From positions 36,520-100,519 of the IMG/VR virus record IMGVR_UViG_3300049844_000277: a DNA stretch of 64,000 bases. One strand, 5' to 3'. The position numbers were made by a program, and so were the translations under genes. A model generated the notes under the pieces. That model was not told the DNA's origin and ran no database searches. It saw nothing but the letters and a program-made list of their open reading frames with translations. This DNA is from a virus. Shown one piece after another: positions 18,301 to 25,430 of this stretch (position 1 is its first letter; every line of letters begins with the position of its first letter).

Positions 18301-20887
18301 CGATGAGTATGTCGTGAGGCATAACCTTCATGCCCTTCTTCACGACACCATTGGGGTCAAGCTTACGATACTGCTCTGCGGTATACTTCGACCCGTAGTA
18401 CTGCTGATGGATATCCCTGCCAACCTTGGAGTCGCGATCTACTTCAACAACTTCCTTGTACATATGCTCTGACGTTAACTTCTCGGCGGCGCCAGAGGAG
18501 ATAACGACGGCATCGTTGGAGTTCATTCCGTAATACGGAACGTACCCTACCGTCATATTCGTACCGAGAGCGAAGGAACCGTTGCGGGTAAAATTAGACT
18601 CCGCGAGCGGCTGATCCGCTTCTACCTTATCACCAGGCTTCACCAGAATGTCGTGATGAAGGTGTGTCTTAGATGCGAACGGAAAATTATTCTCGTATGG
18701 AACCCGAATCAAATCTTTCTCAGCAGCTACCTTTTCCCGATTACGCTCGGAGAGGTAGTCCTCTTTAAACTCATCCCAGGTATACTCATCCATGGAACCG
18801 TAGCCCCAAGGAGGACCGTGCTTCTCGTAAGCGCTTTTAGCGGCCTCTTTGGAATCGAAGCCAAGCATGCACTTGTCTTCGTCGTGAGACCCATCCTTCT
18901 TGCGCTGATGTACGACGTAAACATTATCGAAAGAACCATCTTCCTTCAGATAAACGTCGACCGTTTCACCGTCGTCGCCGACGGTCTTAGGAATGTGTCC
19001 GTAGGCCACGGACATCTTCTTTTCCCACTTCTCTCCTTCGGCGTTAGTGCCGGTACGAATATCTCCCGGTTCAAGCTCAATCTTAACGAGCACACCTTGA
19101 ACAGTCTTTTGACGCTTGACCGCCCCGCCTCGTTTCTCGAAAGCGCTCTTCTCGCTTAAGAAATCTTCAGCGTGCTTCTTTCCGCTAGGGTCGATGTAGA
19201 TGTATTGCCCATCAACCTTCACTACTTTGCCCGCTACAGGTGCCGTAGGAAGAACCAGCCCCGCGAGCTCCTTCTCCCAGCTTGAATGCTCAACACCCTT
19301 CTCAGTCAACTTATTGGCGGCTGATTGTACAAGAGGTGCTTCGCGATGAACGAGAGGAAGGGCTTGTGTTTGAACCTTACCACCCATGATGGCACGGTTC
19401 CCCTGCATCGACTCAAGGAACGGGACAAGGTTAGTTGCCGGAGAATACAACTGAGCCACGTCGTACAACTGGTGAGTCACCTTTGCCGCTGGTACGTGCT
19501 CCAACTGCCCTTTGTTCATTGCGGTGACCATTCCCGTAAGCTTTTGCTTAGGGAACGCCACGACCGCCTCGGACATTTGAGCCGCAGACAGCATCTCATA
19601 CTTACCGGACTTAATGTTCTTAGCTGCGGTGTAGAGATTTCCCGTAGCATCCCGGTGCGCCATCATCGCCGTGCGAATATCAATACCAGCGCGGAAGGAC
19701 TCAGACGTACGAACGGGGTCCAGTATCCCTAGATGACTCGAATGAATAGTACGCGCTTCAGCGGGAATCGCGCGCTCATTCGGAATACCTCCTTCGCCGA
19801 GAGATGTAACACGCACAGCGTGGTCGATGGCCTCCATCGGGTTGATGTGCGTGGGAATCGAGCTCAGTTGTGAACCCGTAAGAAAACTTCGGATGCCGGG
19901 CGAAAAGGGCGACGAAGGAAGAATCGCACGGAGTTCAGTCTTATGTGTTGCGCGACCCTTTACCTTATTTGCCAGGGCACGTGCATCCAGCGTTATACGT
20001 TCCTTGATAAAATCGTCTACCGAATGATACGTCTTGAAACGTAAAGCGTCACGATCATCAGTATCCGCATTATCCCGGTACACCTGTAATAGCCGCTTCG
20101 ACGCAACGAGTAGTGCCTGCGGCGTAACCGATGAAAAAGCGTGCCCCAAGGTTTGTTGGTTAACCTCGGGATCCATAGACGTAACAGCGTAAGCTGCTCG
20201 AATAGCATCAAGCTGTGTCTCAGGATTAGTCGCAGCACGTTTAGCCGGATGCACTACTTTCTCGTAAAGCTTATTCAAATGCTTATCGTGCTTACCTTCG
20301 AAAGCCGCCTCATTTTGATGAGCGACATCCGAGCCCCAATGAGTAGAAATATCAGCGTGCGGAACGCCTAATTTTCGAAGTACGGGGTAAAGCGGAATAG
20401 ATGTCGTCCCATACTCGATGTATGGATGTCCTTGGGCAGGGTCTAACGAAAGTCGAAAATTGGTTCCCTTCGACAAGTTAAAGGCGGCCTCTAGTTCCTC
20501 ATTTCCACGTCGCCGCGTATAGACGCCAGGCTTGAGCCGAAGTTGATTTGATACGTTGTACTCGTTACCGTCCAAAATAAAAGTATGCCGTCCTGTGAAA
20601 TAAGGAAGACTCAATAACGTAAAGTTCTTAACTTTCTCAACTTCTTTACCGGAAGCATCACGTAGTGTGACGGTTCCTTTTATCGGCTCAGAAAGAGAAC
20701 CACCGCTCAATAGCGCGTGCTTTTGATCGTTTGGGCCAAAGTCCTTTTCATGGACCTTCAGGTCACTGACCTCAATACTCTTATCCCGCAATGTCAGTGG
20801 AAAAGCGTTTCGCAACGCATCGAGCGCCTTTGCACGAATTTGAACTCGACGGGACTCGGCATCGGTAAGCACGGGAGTGAGCGACAT
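12377..20887 (-). CDS. rpoBC: DNA-directed RNA polymerase beta subunit fused to the N-terminal half of beta' (2836 aa), interrupted by three LAGLIDADG inteins.
   Basis: Beta motifs present:
- HTFILDGNEYNVSNQLRLKPGVY (matches GTFIINGxERVIVSQLHRSPGVFF).
- TGSQLSSIPTHINP.
- GDKL..TGRHGNKG.
- GKMEFNALVAHNA (matches GEMEVWALEAYGA).

Beta' motifs present:
- GLFDP...RWSHIELAEPV.
- ITGKTTPK//SSFFQKRIMKRQQDISGRGTI.
- NADYDGN//TFQIHVP (matches NADFDGDQMAVHVP).

The protein ends at about E. coli beta' residue 560. The beta' N-terminal zinc ribbon appears to be deleted. Confidence 0.9.
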   Translation of the reverse strand: MSLTPVLTDAESRRVQIRAKALDALRNAFPLTLRDKSIEVSDLKVHEKDFGPNDQKHALLSGGSLSEPIKGTVTLRDASGKEVEKVKNFTLLSLPYFTGRHTFILDGNEYNVSNQLRLKPGVYTRRRGNEELEAAFNLSKGTNFRLSLDPAQGHPYIEYGTTSIPLYPVLRKLGVPHADISTHWGSDVAHQNEAAFEGKHDKHLNKLYEKVVHPAKRAATNPETQLDAIRAAYAVTSMDPEVNQQTLGHAFSSVTPQALLVASKRLLQVYRDNADTDDRDALRFKTYHSVDDFIKERITLDARALANKVKGRATHKTELRAILPSSPFSPGIRSFLTGSQLSSIPTHINPMEAIDHAVRVTSLGEGGIPNERAIPAEARTIHSSHLGILDPVRTSESFRAGIDIRTAMMAHRDATGNLYTAAKNIKSGKYEMLSAAQMSEAVVAFPKQKLTGMVTAMNKGQLEHVPAAKVTHQLYDVAQLYSPATNLVPFLESMQGNRAIMGGKVQTQALPLVHREAPLVQSAANKLTEKGVEHSSWEKELAGLVLPTAPVAGKVVKVDGQYIYIDPSGKKHAEDFLSEKSAFEKRGGAVKRQKTVQGVLVKIELEPGDIRTGTNAEGEKWEKKMSVAYGHIPKTVGDDGETVDVYLKEDGSFDNVYVVHQRKKDGSHDEDKCMLGFDSKEAAKSAYEKHGPPWGYGSMDEYTWDEFKEDYLSERNREKVAAEKDLIRVPYENNFPFASKTHLHHDILVKPGDKVEADQPLAESNFTRNGSFALGTNMTVGYVPYYGMNSNDAVVISSGAAEKLTSEHMYKEVVEVDRDSKVGRDIHQQYYGSKYTAEQYRKLDPNGVVKKGMKVMPHDILIAGVTRGKLSASDALLGNLKKTLVTPYRELVRTWDHDFEGEVMDVYVTDKRVVVTVKTREPMRVGDKLCYDAETEVLTWEGWKPIADVRITDKICTLQNGENIEYLEPDAIHSYPEGGRMYRIESQQVDLFVTDGHHMYVQPRNEKSFQLLPAYEIAGKRVSYKKDGIWVGHSPESFVFDSITVRAGQGGRGLRVLDDKALPTKTLAALLGAFLSEGNLITIEESGTYGIEITQINQPNRKQLEKFLREEGILFTDTGDKVRIHSKQYWQYFKQFGKSYEKFIPLEVFAWSRADQETLFNWLMWGDGHTKNGQPICYKTTSKRLADDVQRLALHIGKAANVSLAKAEGYQTIKGKDFWCRDYWQVRIINSKLTPTVNHGHIKRQKGQVECFVDSYKSPVYCVTVPGHVLYVRRNGKSVWCGNTGRHGNKGVVSLIVPDHKMLQDETGKPIEVLYTSAGVISRINPSQILETCVAKVAKKIGKPIVVENFSGRDNVQWAKDLLKEHKVKDKETLIDPVSGKKIPGILVGPQYVLRLFKTTETNYAARGTGAYDVNQQPIKGGDEGAKAVGKMEFNALVAHNARNVLRETAAIKSQKNDEFWRAIQLGLPLPPLKSSFVYDKFIGMLHGAGVKVDSRGSISTLSPLTDKDILRMSSGEVQNEKLVRAKDLAAERGGLFDPAVTGGTTGTRWSHIELAEPVVNPVFADPARRLLGMTAKDFDQYHHTNGGAAVKKKLNAIDVKARIAELRNSIKSLSGTKLDDAVKQLKFLEALNRQELKPGDAYVLSKLPVLPPIMRPILPGKSGSELVVGDSNYLYQSAILHNQSLRKQIESPILPPDEQAKLRQNLFHAVGAVIGTHESDNPKLQKRNVKGFLEHITGKTTPKCYDDQTDILTEKGWVRFSKYTGKTRVATVNLDTREFEWQKPTALVSMPFDGDLIHTRSRELDLCVTPNHEHVVSYRRKRVSNGKALYVWTPWEKVRADTFIGTDRRRVMVSAEEWEGTFPELVFAGDTCEVSTDNKKRRTANLVGTFTPDPLAFAEFVGWWIAEGWISTTGTQVSLCQAATSPHVRAVDLCFKKLDIPFVRKTYTRKDGYQVIWWTIRLRSLADWLTHHCGRGCESKHLSSDILAWPSAMLEGLLRGYLRGDGTLHPSLAKNVKNPKTHYRRKPLSAHAGTASLQLIDDLQHLAAKIGYQVIFRGICPPVKDHHLPHYLFSVRGFSDVTIESGSFTEAYPYKGTVYCVTVPNGTVVVRRNGKPSVSGNSSFFQKRIMKRQQDISGRGTIAPDGSLSMDEIGIPIDMLWGMYGKFIISRLIRRGFGAIQAKEMLEKKHPAAHDALMAEIKERPVMVNRAPTLHRYGFIGAHAVPVAGKTIRVNPFAELGFNADYDGNCFLGSTKVVLTAEGAACKALLGDEAKETAMKFAAETRVCWTSAVQALVEAELQEIPHAEEPYSIDKNGARSYAVPEGFRVLSYDHSASKSVMSPVTGLTIEDGCEVAKVEMRRGLSVTASTNESLCIYNHETGQIEATAPSDSVGKLAPVVRHLPLTGSQGDFEFGWMVGAFLSDGFLLGETDHYFGYTKVSDVHRERFAAAVNAFEGKLIKRNTYREVHDASNGITGQSIKDHFSGAQKCVELFKTCYLDERVPGRSCLSKRVPAFGDWSEEARWGVLIGMLNGDGTLTVSAGKAKLQVMAALHTSSAALAASLRFLLQTIGVRCSVSEAYPKEGRLQKAVAYTIPISTVDLQRNVSWLRRGIWNNSKSLEALNLLEADELVDQVDIVPVPKNLMTLASSRTGPCAEDSSFCASLATLRSKRKEAPYVTRQNARRMLHFFRTAKTPDVDAWARIVENVGITWDLVESVEVLRKETVYDLIVPDTQIFAVNDGLVVWDTFQIHVPVLKPAIDEVKGMTLSNLLFSDREKDSLMVAPRMEAMLGVHLASKAESSANDKVRHFKNREEALAAYKRGEITLNTRVEVGT
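12644..14137 (-). mobile_element. Intein 3 (498 aa, LAGLIDADG type), inserted inside the beta' catalytic NADFDGD motif.
   Basis: - Starts CFLGSTKVVLTAEG.
- DOD motifs FGWMVGAFLSDGF and VLIGMLNGDGT.
- Ends VYDLIVPDTQIFAVNDGLVVWD with +1 Thr.
- The terminal residue is Asp rather than Asn, which is atypical.
- Boundaries codon-verified. Confidence 0.75.
14522..15655 (-). mobile_element. Intein 2 (378 aa, LAGLIDADG type), inserted in beta' between GKTTPK and SSFFQKR (the KGKQGRFRQNLLGKR region).
   Basis: - Starts CYDDQTDILTEKGW.
- DOD motifs FVGWWIAEGW and LLRGYLRGDGT.
- Ends VYCVTVPNGTVVVRRNGKPSVSGN with +1 Ser.
- Boundaries codon-verified. Confidence 0.85.
17039..18100 (-). mobile_element. Intein 1 (354 aa, LAGLIDADG homing-endonuclease type), inserted in RNAP beta between GDKL and TGRHGNKG.
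   Basis: - Starts CYDAETEVLTWEGW.
- DOD motifs LLGAFLSEGN and LFNWLMWGDGH.
- Ends VYCVTVPGHVLYVRRNGKSVWCGN with +1 Thr.
- Boundaries verified at codon level (aca at 18098-18100 = Cys; gtt at 17039-17041 = Asn). Confidence 0.85.
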
Positions 20888-21053
20888 GTTCGTAAGTATA
20901 GACCCTTATTTTGGTATCAGTATATGAGTCACATGCTGTGGCTCATAGAGGGAAGTACCATCACCACCACCAGAGGGGAAGTACAGTGAAAGTGGCAAGG
21001 GTACAGAAGAGGGGTGTAGTAAAAGTAACAACGAGAAAGGAAGTGAGGGCGAG

Positions 21054-21725
21054 ATGTTCCGACAGGAACTAAAGCTCCCCCTCCCCCCAATCCCGTTGCT
21101 ACGGGAAGCGCTCATCTGCGCCGTGGATGACCCTCGAAGATGGGGACAGCCAGGAACTCCGGGTGAAACAATGCCCGAAGCCAAGCAGATGAACATTCTC
21201 GCAGAAATCGCCGCCGACCTCTGCAGGGGTACGCGGTGTTTCTTCTGCGGGAGACAGCAACCGGAGACTCCTCTCGAGGATGTATACCGGTTCAATCCCA
21301 ACACCCCGCTGTGCGAATGTCTTACGCCGTATAGGCGTATGGCGTTCGATTACATCGAGGGATGGGATTGTGAGGAAGGGAAGAAGTCCATCCTCACGCA
21401 AGTGGAGAAGGGAACGATGGACCCGCAGACAAAAGTCTATCAGTATATCTGTAAGTGCGGGACGTTGGCGGTAGTCACCGCTAAAACGCTCGCGAGTGGG
21501 TTGCGAACCTATCAAAAGCACAAGAGACGTAACTTGTGCGATAGGTGCTACAAAGAGCAGGGTAGAAAGCTGGCCGCAGCTATGGTTATGGCTGCGAGGT
21601 CCAAGCATGGGGCGGAGCAAGGTCCGCATGCTAAAATTAATAAAACACCCACCCTACTGAAACCATCAGTAGATACCACAAACATAGTTGTAAATGCACC
21701 GGGGGTAGTAATCCCTCAGTGCTAG
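21054..21725 (+). CDS. Cys-rich hypothetical protein (223 aa).
   Basis: ORF with a GAGGG-like RBS upstream. Several CxxC pairs: CRGTRCFFC, CEC, CKCG, CDRC. It is the only plus-strand gene between two minus-strand blocks. Confidence 0.5.
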   Translation: MFRQELKLPLPPIPLLREALICAVDDPRRWGQPGTPGETMPEAKQMNILAEIAADLCRGTRCFFCGRQQPETPLEDVYRFNPNTPLCECLTPYRRMAFDYIEGWDCEEGKKSILTQVEKGTMDPQTKVYQYICKCGTLAVVTAKTLASGLRTYQKHKRRNLCDRCYKEQGRKLAAAMVMAARSKHGAEQGPHAKINKTPTLLKPSVDTTNIVVNAPGVVIPQC

Positions 21726-21800
21726 AAGGGACCGGTACTTGAACATCAAGTACGTCGCTTTGGTCGCCCTGATTCTGCTCGGGGTTTAAGGCCAAGGCAG

Positions 21801-21832
21801 CTCTCTCGTGGGAGGTATCTCTCACGAGAGAG
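21801..21832 (+). terminator. Putative intrinsic terminator hairpin (10-bp stem ctctctcgtg/cacgagagag) between convergent genes.
   Basis: Perfect inverted repeat, followed on the plus strand by the T-rich tcttggtcttgtttc. It lies 76 nt downstream of the 21054..21725 stop. Confidence 0.45.
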
Positions 21833-21845
21833 TCTTGGTCTTGTT

Positions 21846-22343
21846 TCAAATATCAGGCTCTGGCGCAGTCCCGTCTACGCGAGGTTCCGGCTTCTTTTTT
21901 TTCGTCGGAATCTTCTCATACCAGCGTAACGAGATAATTACAGAACCATCCTTCTGCGGAATCTCTTGCTCCGAACCAAAGAGCATCTTACCCGCCAGAA
22001 TCGCATTGATTGTCTCTTCGTACTCAGGACGAGTTACGTGCGGGCACTCGTAATCGCCTGTGTCCGGTAAATTCGCTGCGCCAGAAGCGAAATCATTTCC
22101 GCAGCGGGAGCACGATTCCCATGGGCGGAAAATAGTAAACACTTTACGATGAATCTTGAAGTCATACGCCGTAACTCCGGCTATACCATCGGCCTCTGTA
22201 TCTATGACGCGATGCTTGTCGTTAAATGGTAACGGAAAACCATCTGGAAGGTCTCTTCCACGCTCATCAGGCTCAGATGGCCCCTGCATCGCGGCGCTGA
22301 GTACAGATGCGAAGTCAGAACCTACTTCAGCTTTTAACGGCAT
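21846..22343 (-). CDS. Hypothetical protein (165 aa).
   Basis: ORF immediately downstream of the portal-like gene. CSRCGNDF...YECPH Cys cluster. Confidence 0.5.
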   Translation of the reverse strand: MPLKAEVGSDFASVLSAAMQGPSEPDERGRDLPDGFPLPFNDKHRVIDTEADGIAGVTAYDFKIHRKVFTIFRPWESCSRCGNDFASGAANLPDTGDYECPHVTRPEYEETINAILAGKMLFGSEQEIPQKDGSVIISLRWYEKIPTKKKKPEPRVDGTAPEPDI

Positions 22344-22362
22344 TAATCACTCCCGAAGATAT

Positions 22363-25300
22363 TTATACAGGCTGATTTTGTTGCGCCATTTGCGCCTTCG
22401 CCTGCTGTCCTTGTTGGTTCTGAAGATCTTCCAGGCGTTGAATGACAACCGCATGCATCACAGCGTCTTCCTTACTTAAGCTATCCAACTGTGAACGCCT
22501 AGAACCAACATCCAGCCCCATGAGCTGCTGCACTATCTGGTCAGCCTGCGCGATGACCGCCTGCTGGTCGTAGTTGAGCCCAGGAGTACCTTGAGCCTGT
22601 AGCTGAACCTGCTGGGACAAGTTATTCTGTAGTTTTCGTAGCTCATTCTGGACGCGCTGATTGTGCCGCGCCTCATCAAGAGTTTCTTGTAGACGCTTCT
22701 CTCGTTCTGCGTCCAAATCAATGTCGAGTCGCTCTAGTATGGTAGTCATTGAGACGTACGAGGGACCCGCTTGCCCGGTAGCCATGCTGAGCAGTAATTG
22801 TTTAGACTCAGTGTCATCGACCATCTTCAAAGGCGTAAGTTTCGCCTCTATCTTCTCCCAGCCAAGATACCGGGACATCTGGTCGCTGTACCACTGTAGT
22901 AGGTCATTCATATCATCCGCGTGCCCTTGCGTTTGATTCTGAATGAGCCGGAGAGTTGCCTCCATGCCTGCTTTAGTTAGTCCACCGTAGAGGAACTCCT
23001 GCGGAATACCTAACGCAGCCATAATGCTCTTCTCAGCTTCTTGAAGCTCACCGAGCGTTAACATCGCCCGTCCATCGCCACCAAGATTGGATACACCAAG
23101 AGCTACTGGTGCCATCATTATGTGTAAGGGGTCACGTCGCCAGCGACGAATATTTTGTTTCATTTCATCTTGCCAACGCGCAAGAGAAATCATTTGCGTA
23201 AAATCTTGCTGTCCGTTTTGTGCGGGATGCAAGATACGCATTGGCACGACGTGCTCCAGCGCGATCGAATTTTTAGTAGCCCCACCCGCGATACAAAACG
23301 TGGAATCCTCCGCGATCTTGAAGTCAATGTATTGTTCCTCTTCCGACTCCTCTACCACGCTCACTCTCGCCGCAAAATAATCTTTCCAGAAAAAGCCACT
23401 CTTGCCGATGGTAATCTCTTCCGCATCCTCCCAATTCCATAGCGCGTAAAGCCGCTCTTGGGACGCACCGCTAACCCGTACGTGGTAACTCGGTCCGTTT
23501 GGGGTAATAACACGCCCATCAGCAAGCGCGTGAATCGGGGTAATGTGCTCACGAATCGTCGCAATACATCCTACGTGAAGGAGCATACGGTAAACATCAT
23601 ACGCAAGGCCCGCACTGGAGGTGGCGAGAGTATCTTGCCCTTCCCGCGTGTGACCATCCGCCTCCCAGAGACCTTTCAAGAATGCGAGCTTTACAGAATC
23701 CGGCGCATGAAATACTTCCGAAGGAACGCGCTTAACGCGCGCGGTTCCCGGAACCATGCCCTTGATGAGAGCCTTCACAATCACATCACACAAGGTAACC
23801 ATGCTACAGTTACCTCTCTGATTGTATCCACCGCACTCCAAGCCAAACTCTCGCCGAATTGCTTCCCGGAGGGGCTCTTCCGTCTTACTGCCCATCGCAA
23901 TCATAACGGTACGCTGGTTACAGGAACCATTTCCAACGTAATGCCCGAGGATATACGCGAAGTCCTCTGTCATCGGGCGCGTCGCGGGGAGGCGTTTTGG
24001 AACGGACCCTTCTTTCAGCTTCCTACGCGCAATCTTCCCAGGGACTCCCTTCACATGCTCACCGGCGCTCTCCGCCTCAAACGCCTGCGCGGAGGGTAAT
24101 GACATCGCGCTGTAAACGTAATTCTCGGTGTTCGCGAAACCGGTGTACTTAGCAACATCTACCTGCTGCGGCTCCGACGGAATTGTCCGGGGGTAGAGGA
24201 TATAATCACCCTTCTCGAACTGTTCCGCGGGACACATCACCTCTTCGTACAAATGCGGATTCTGAAGAATCTCCGACGACGTCTGCTTGTCTTTCGTATC
24301 CGACCGACGTGCGTCGCTTGTCCGTCGAAGGGTAAGGATGGGATGGTGCGGGGAAAATACCCCGCTGAGATGCCGAAGCCCCGAAAGCGTAATACGGCAT
24401 CCGATTTCATCATCCTTCGCATCCCGATACCACTTCTGCTCGACTGGACGCCACCGCCCGAGGTGTGTTCTCACCAAGTCGCCAACACGTACATCATCCG
24501 CGGGCACGAGACCGGTAGACGTCTCAATGAGTGTATCGAGACTGACGCACTCGTTCGCCTTCCTTAGCGTCATGGTGTAGAGGAAGAGCTTGATTGTCGA
24601 CGCAAGCGGAGGAAATCCCCACTGCTGGTCAATACCCGAAGGACTTGGAACCTTGATATGAAAAAGAGCGTCCTTCTCAAAACGAAACGTCTTGTTGTCT
24701 CGAATGTTTTCCAAGAACTCCATAGGCATCGAATTAATAAGATGCTTTGACCCCGATTTAACTTGGTCCTTAACGTCCTGCGGGATGTTATAGTAGTATA
24801 CAGATTGTCCCGTAATCGGATTGTAATCTATATCCATTAGCTTGGGATCCCACCGAATAATATGGACCCGGCTAGCAGCTAGAATCTTACGGTCAACGAC
24901 TGTACCACGCACATCTCGCTTGCAATGCAGGCAGTGGTAGGTGAAAGCCAGCGATTTCAGCTCAAACTTGTAATCAGTGTGCTGAATAGCAACGAGTTGC
25001 TGACAACTAGGACACTTCAGACTACGAACGAACGGCTTATAAATTGATGTAAAATGATTGCCATATATGTGCTTATCGAGCGACGCCATGAGAAGCGCAC
25101 TCTTAATCTTCAAAGTTTTTTCAAAAAGACGGCGATAGTTGCGCCGGAGTGCTTCATTCGATGTTCCGTACTCGAGGTCAGTTACGACGAGCTCTCCAAA
25201 TTTACGCAGAGCCGCGTAAACATGTGCACTATTATACATCAAATATTCGCACCATTTAAAGAGATCTTTTAGCTTTCTTGGTACAAAACCCGTTAGGAAG

Positions 25301-25374
25301 TCATGTGCAGGGTTTGGGTGTGAAGCCGCCCGGTCAAAAACGGACATTGTATCAGTGTTAGGAAGGTCAGCCAT
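22363..25374 (-). CDS. Putative portal protein (about 576-aa extein) interrupted by a 427-aa LAGLIDADG intein.
   Basis: Size and architecture after intein removal fit a portal. The C-terminus is a Q-rich coiled coil (LQNNLSQQVQLQAQ...QNQQGQQAKAQMAQQNQPV) typical of portal barrels. The portal call itself is by analogy only. Confidence 0.55.
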   Translation of the reverse strand: MADLPNTDTMSVFDRAASHPNPAHDFLTGFVPRKLKDLFKWCEYLMYNSAHVYAALRKFGELVVTDLEYGTSNEALRRNYRRLFEKTLKIKSALLMASLDKHIYGNHFTSIYKPFVRSLKCPSCQQLVAIQHTDYKFELKSLAFTYHCLHCKRDVRGTVVDRKILAASRVHIIRWDPKLMDIDYNPITGQSVYYYNIPQDVKDQVKSGSKHLINSMPMEFLENIRDNKTFRFEKDALFHIKVPSPSGIDQQWGFPPLASTIKLFLYTMTLRKANECVSLDTLIETSTGLVPADDVRVGDLVRTHLGRWRPVEQKWYRDAKDDEIGCRITLSGLRHLSGVFSPHHPILTLRRTSDARRSDTKDKQTSSEILQNPHLYEEVMCPAEQFEKGDYILYPRTIPSEPQQVDVAKYTGFANTENYVYSAMSLPSAQAFEAESAGEHVKGVPGKIARRKLKEGSVPKRLPATRPMTEDFAYILGHYVGNGSCNQRTVMIAMGSKTEEPLREAIRREFGLECGGYNQRGNCSMVTLCDVIVKALIKGMVPGTARVKRVPSEVFHAPDSVKLAFLKGLWEADGHTREGQDTLATSSAGLAYDVYRMLLHVGCIATIREHITPIHALADGRVITPNGPSYHVRVSGASQERLYALWNWEDAEEITIGKSGFFWKDYFAARVSVVEESEEEQYIDFKIAEDSTFCIAGGATKNSIALEHVVPMRILHPAQNGQQDFTQMISLARWQDEMKQNIRRWRRDPLHIMMAPVALGVSNLGGDGRAMLTLGELQEAEKSIMAALGIPQEFLYGGLTKAGMEATLRLIQNQTQGHADDMNDLLQWYSDQMSRYLGWEKIEAKLTPLKMVDDTESKQLLLSMATGQAGPSYVSMTTILERLDIDLDAEREKRLQETLDEARHNQRVQNELRKLQNNLSQQVQLQAQGTPGLNYDQQAVIAQADQIVQQLMGLDVGSRRSQLDSLSKEDAVMHAVVIQRLEDLQNQQGQQAKAQMAQQNQPV
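23269..24549 (-). mobile_element. Intein 4 (427 aa, LAGLIDADG type) within the portal-like gene.
   Basis: - Starts CVSLDTLIETSTGLVPADDVRVGDLV.
- DOD motifs FAYILGHYVGNGS and LAFLKGLWEADGH.
- Ends FCIAGGATKN with +1 Ser.
- Boundaries codon-verified (gca at 24547-24549 = Cys; att at 23269-23271 = Asn). Confidence 0.8.
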
Positions 25375-25430
25375 TTGCGGCCCTCAGTCGTTCTTGTTTA
25401 CGCATCCTCAGTATAGCCTTTGGAGAAGGC

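Noticed and set aside
18653-19159. 168-aa plus-strand ORF and other 60-135-aa ORFs inside 12377..20887 on the opposite strand.
   Set aside because: They lie antisense within the RNAP gene, whose frame is validated by continuous conserved motifs. No RBS. Typical shadow ORFs.
20906-21304. 132-aa minus-strand ORF spanning the intergenic region and the 21054 gene.
   Set aside because: It overlaps the plus-strand Cys-rich gene and the promoter region. Ser/Pro/Leu-rich low-complexity translation of a pyrimidine-rich tract.
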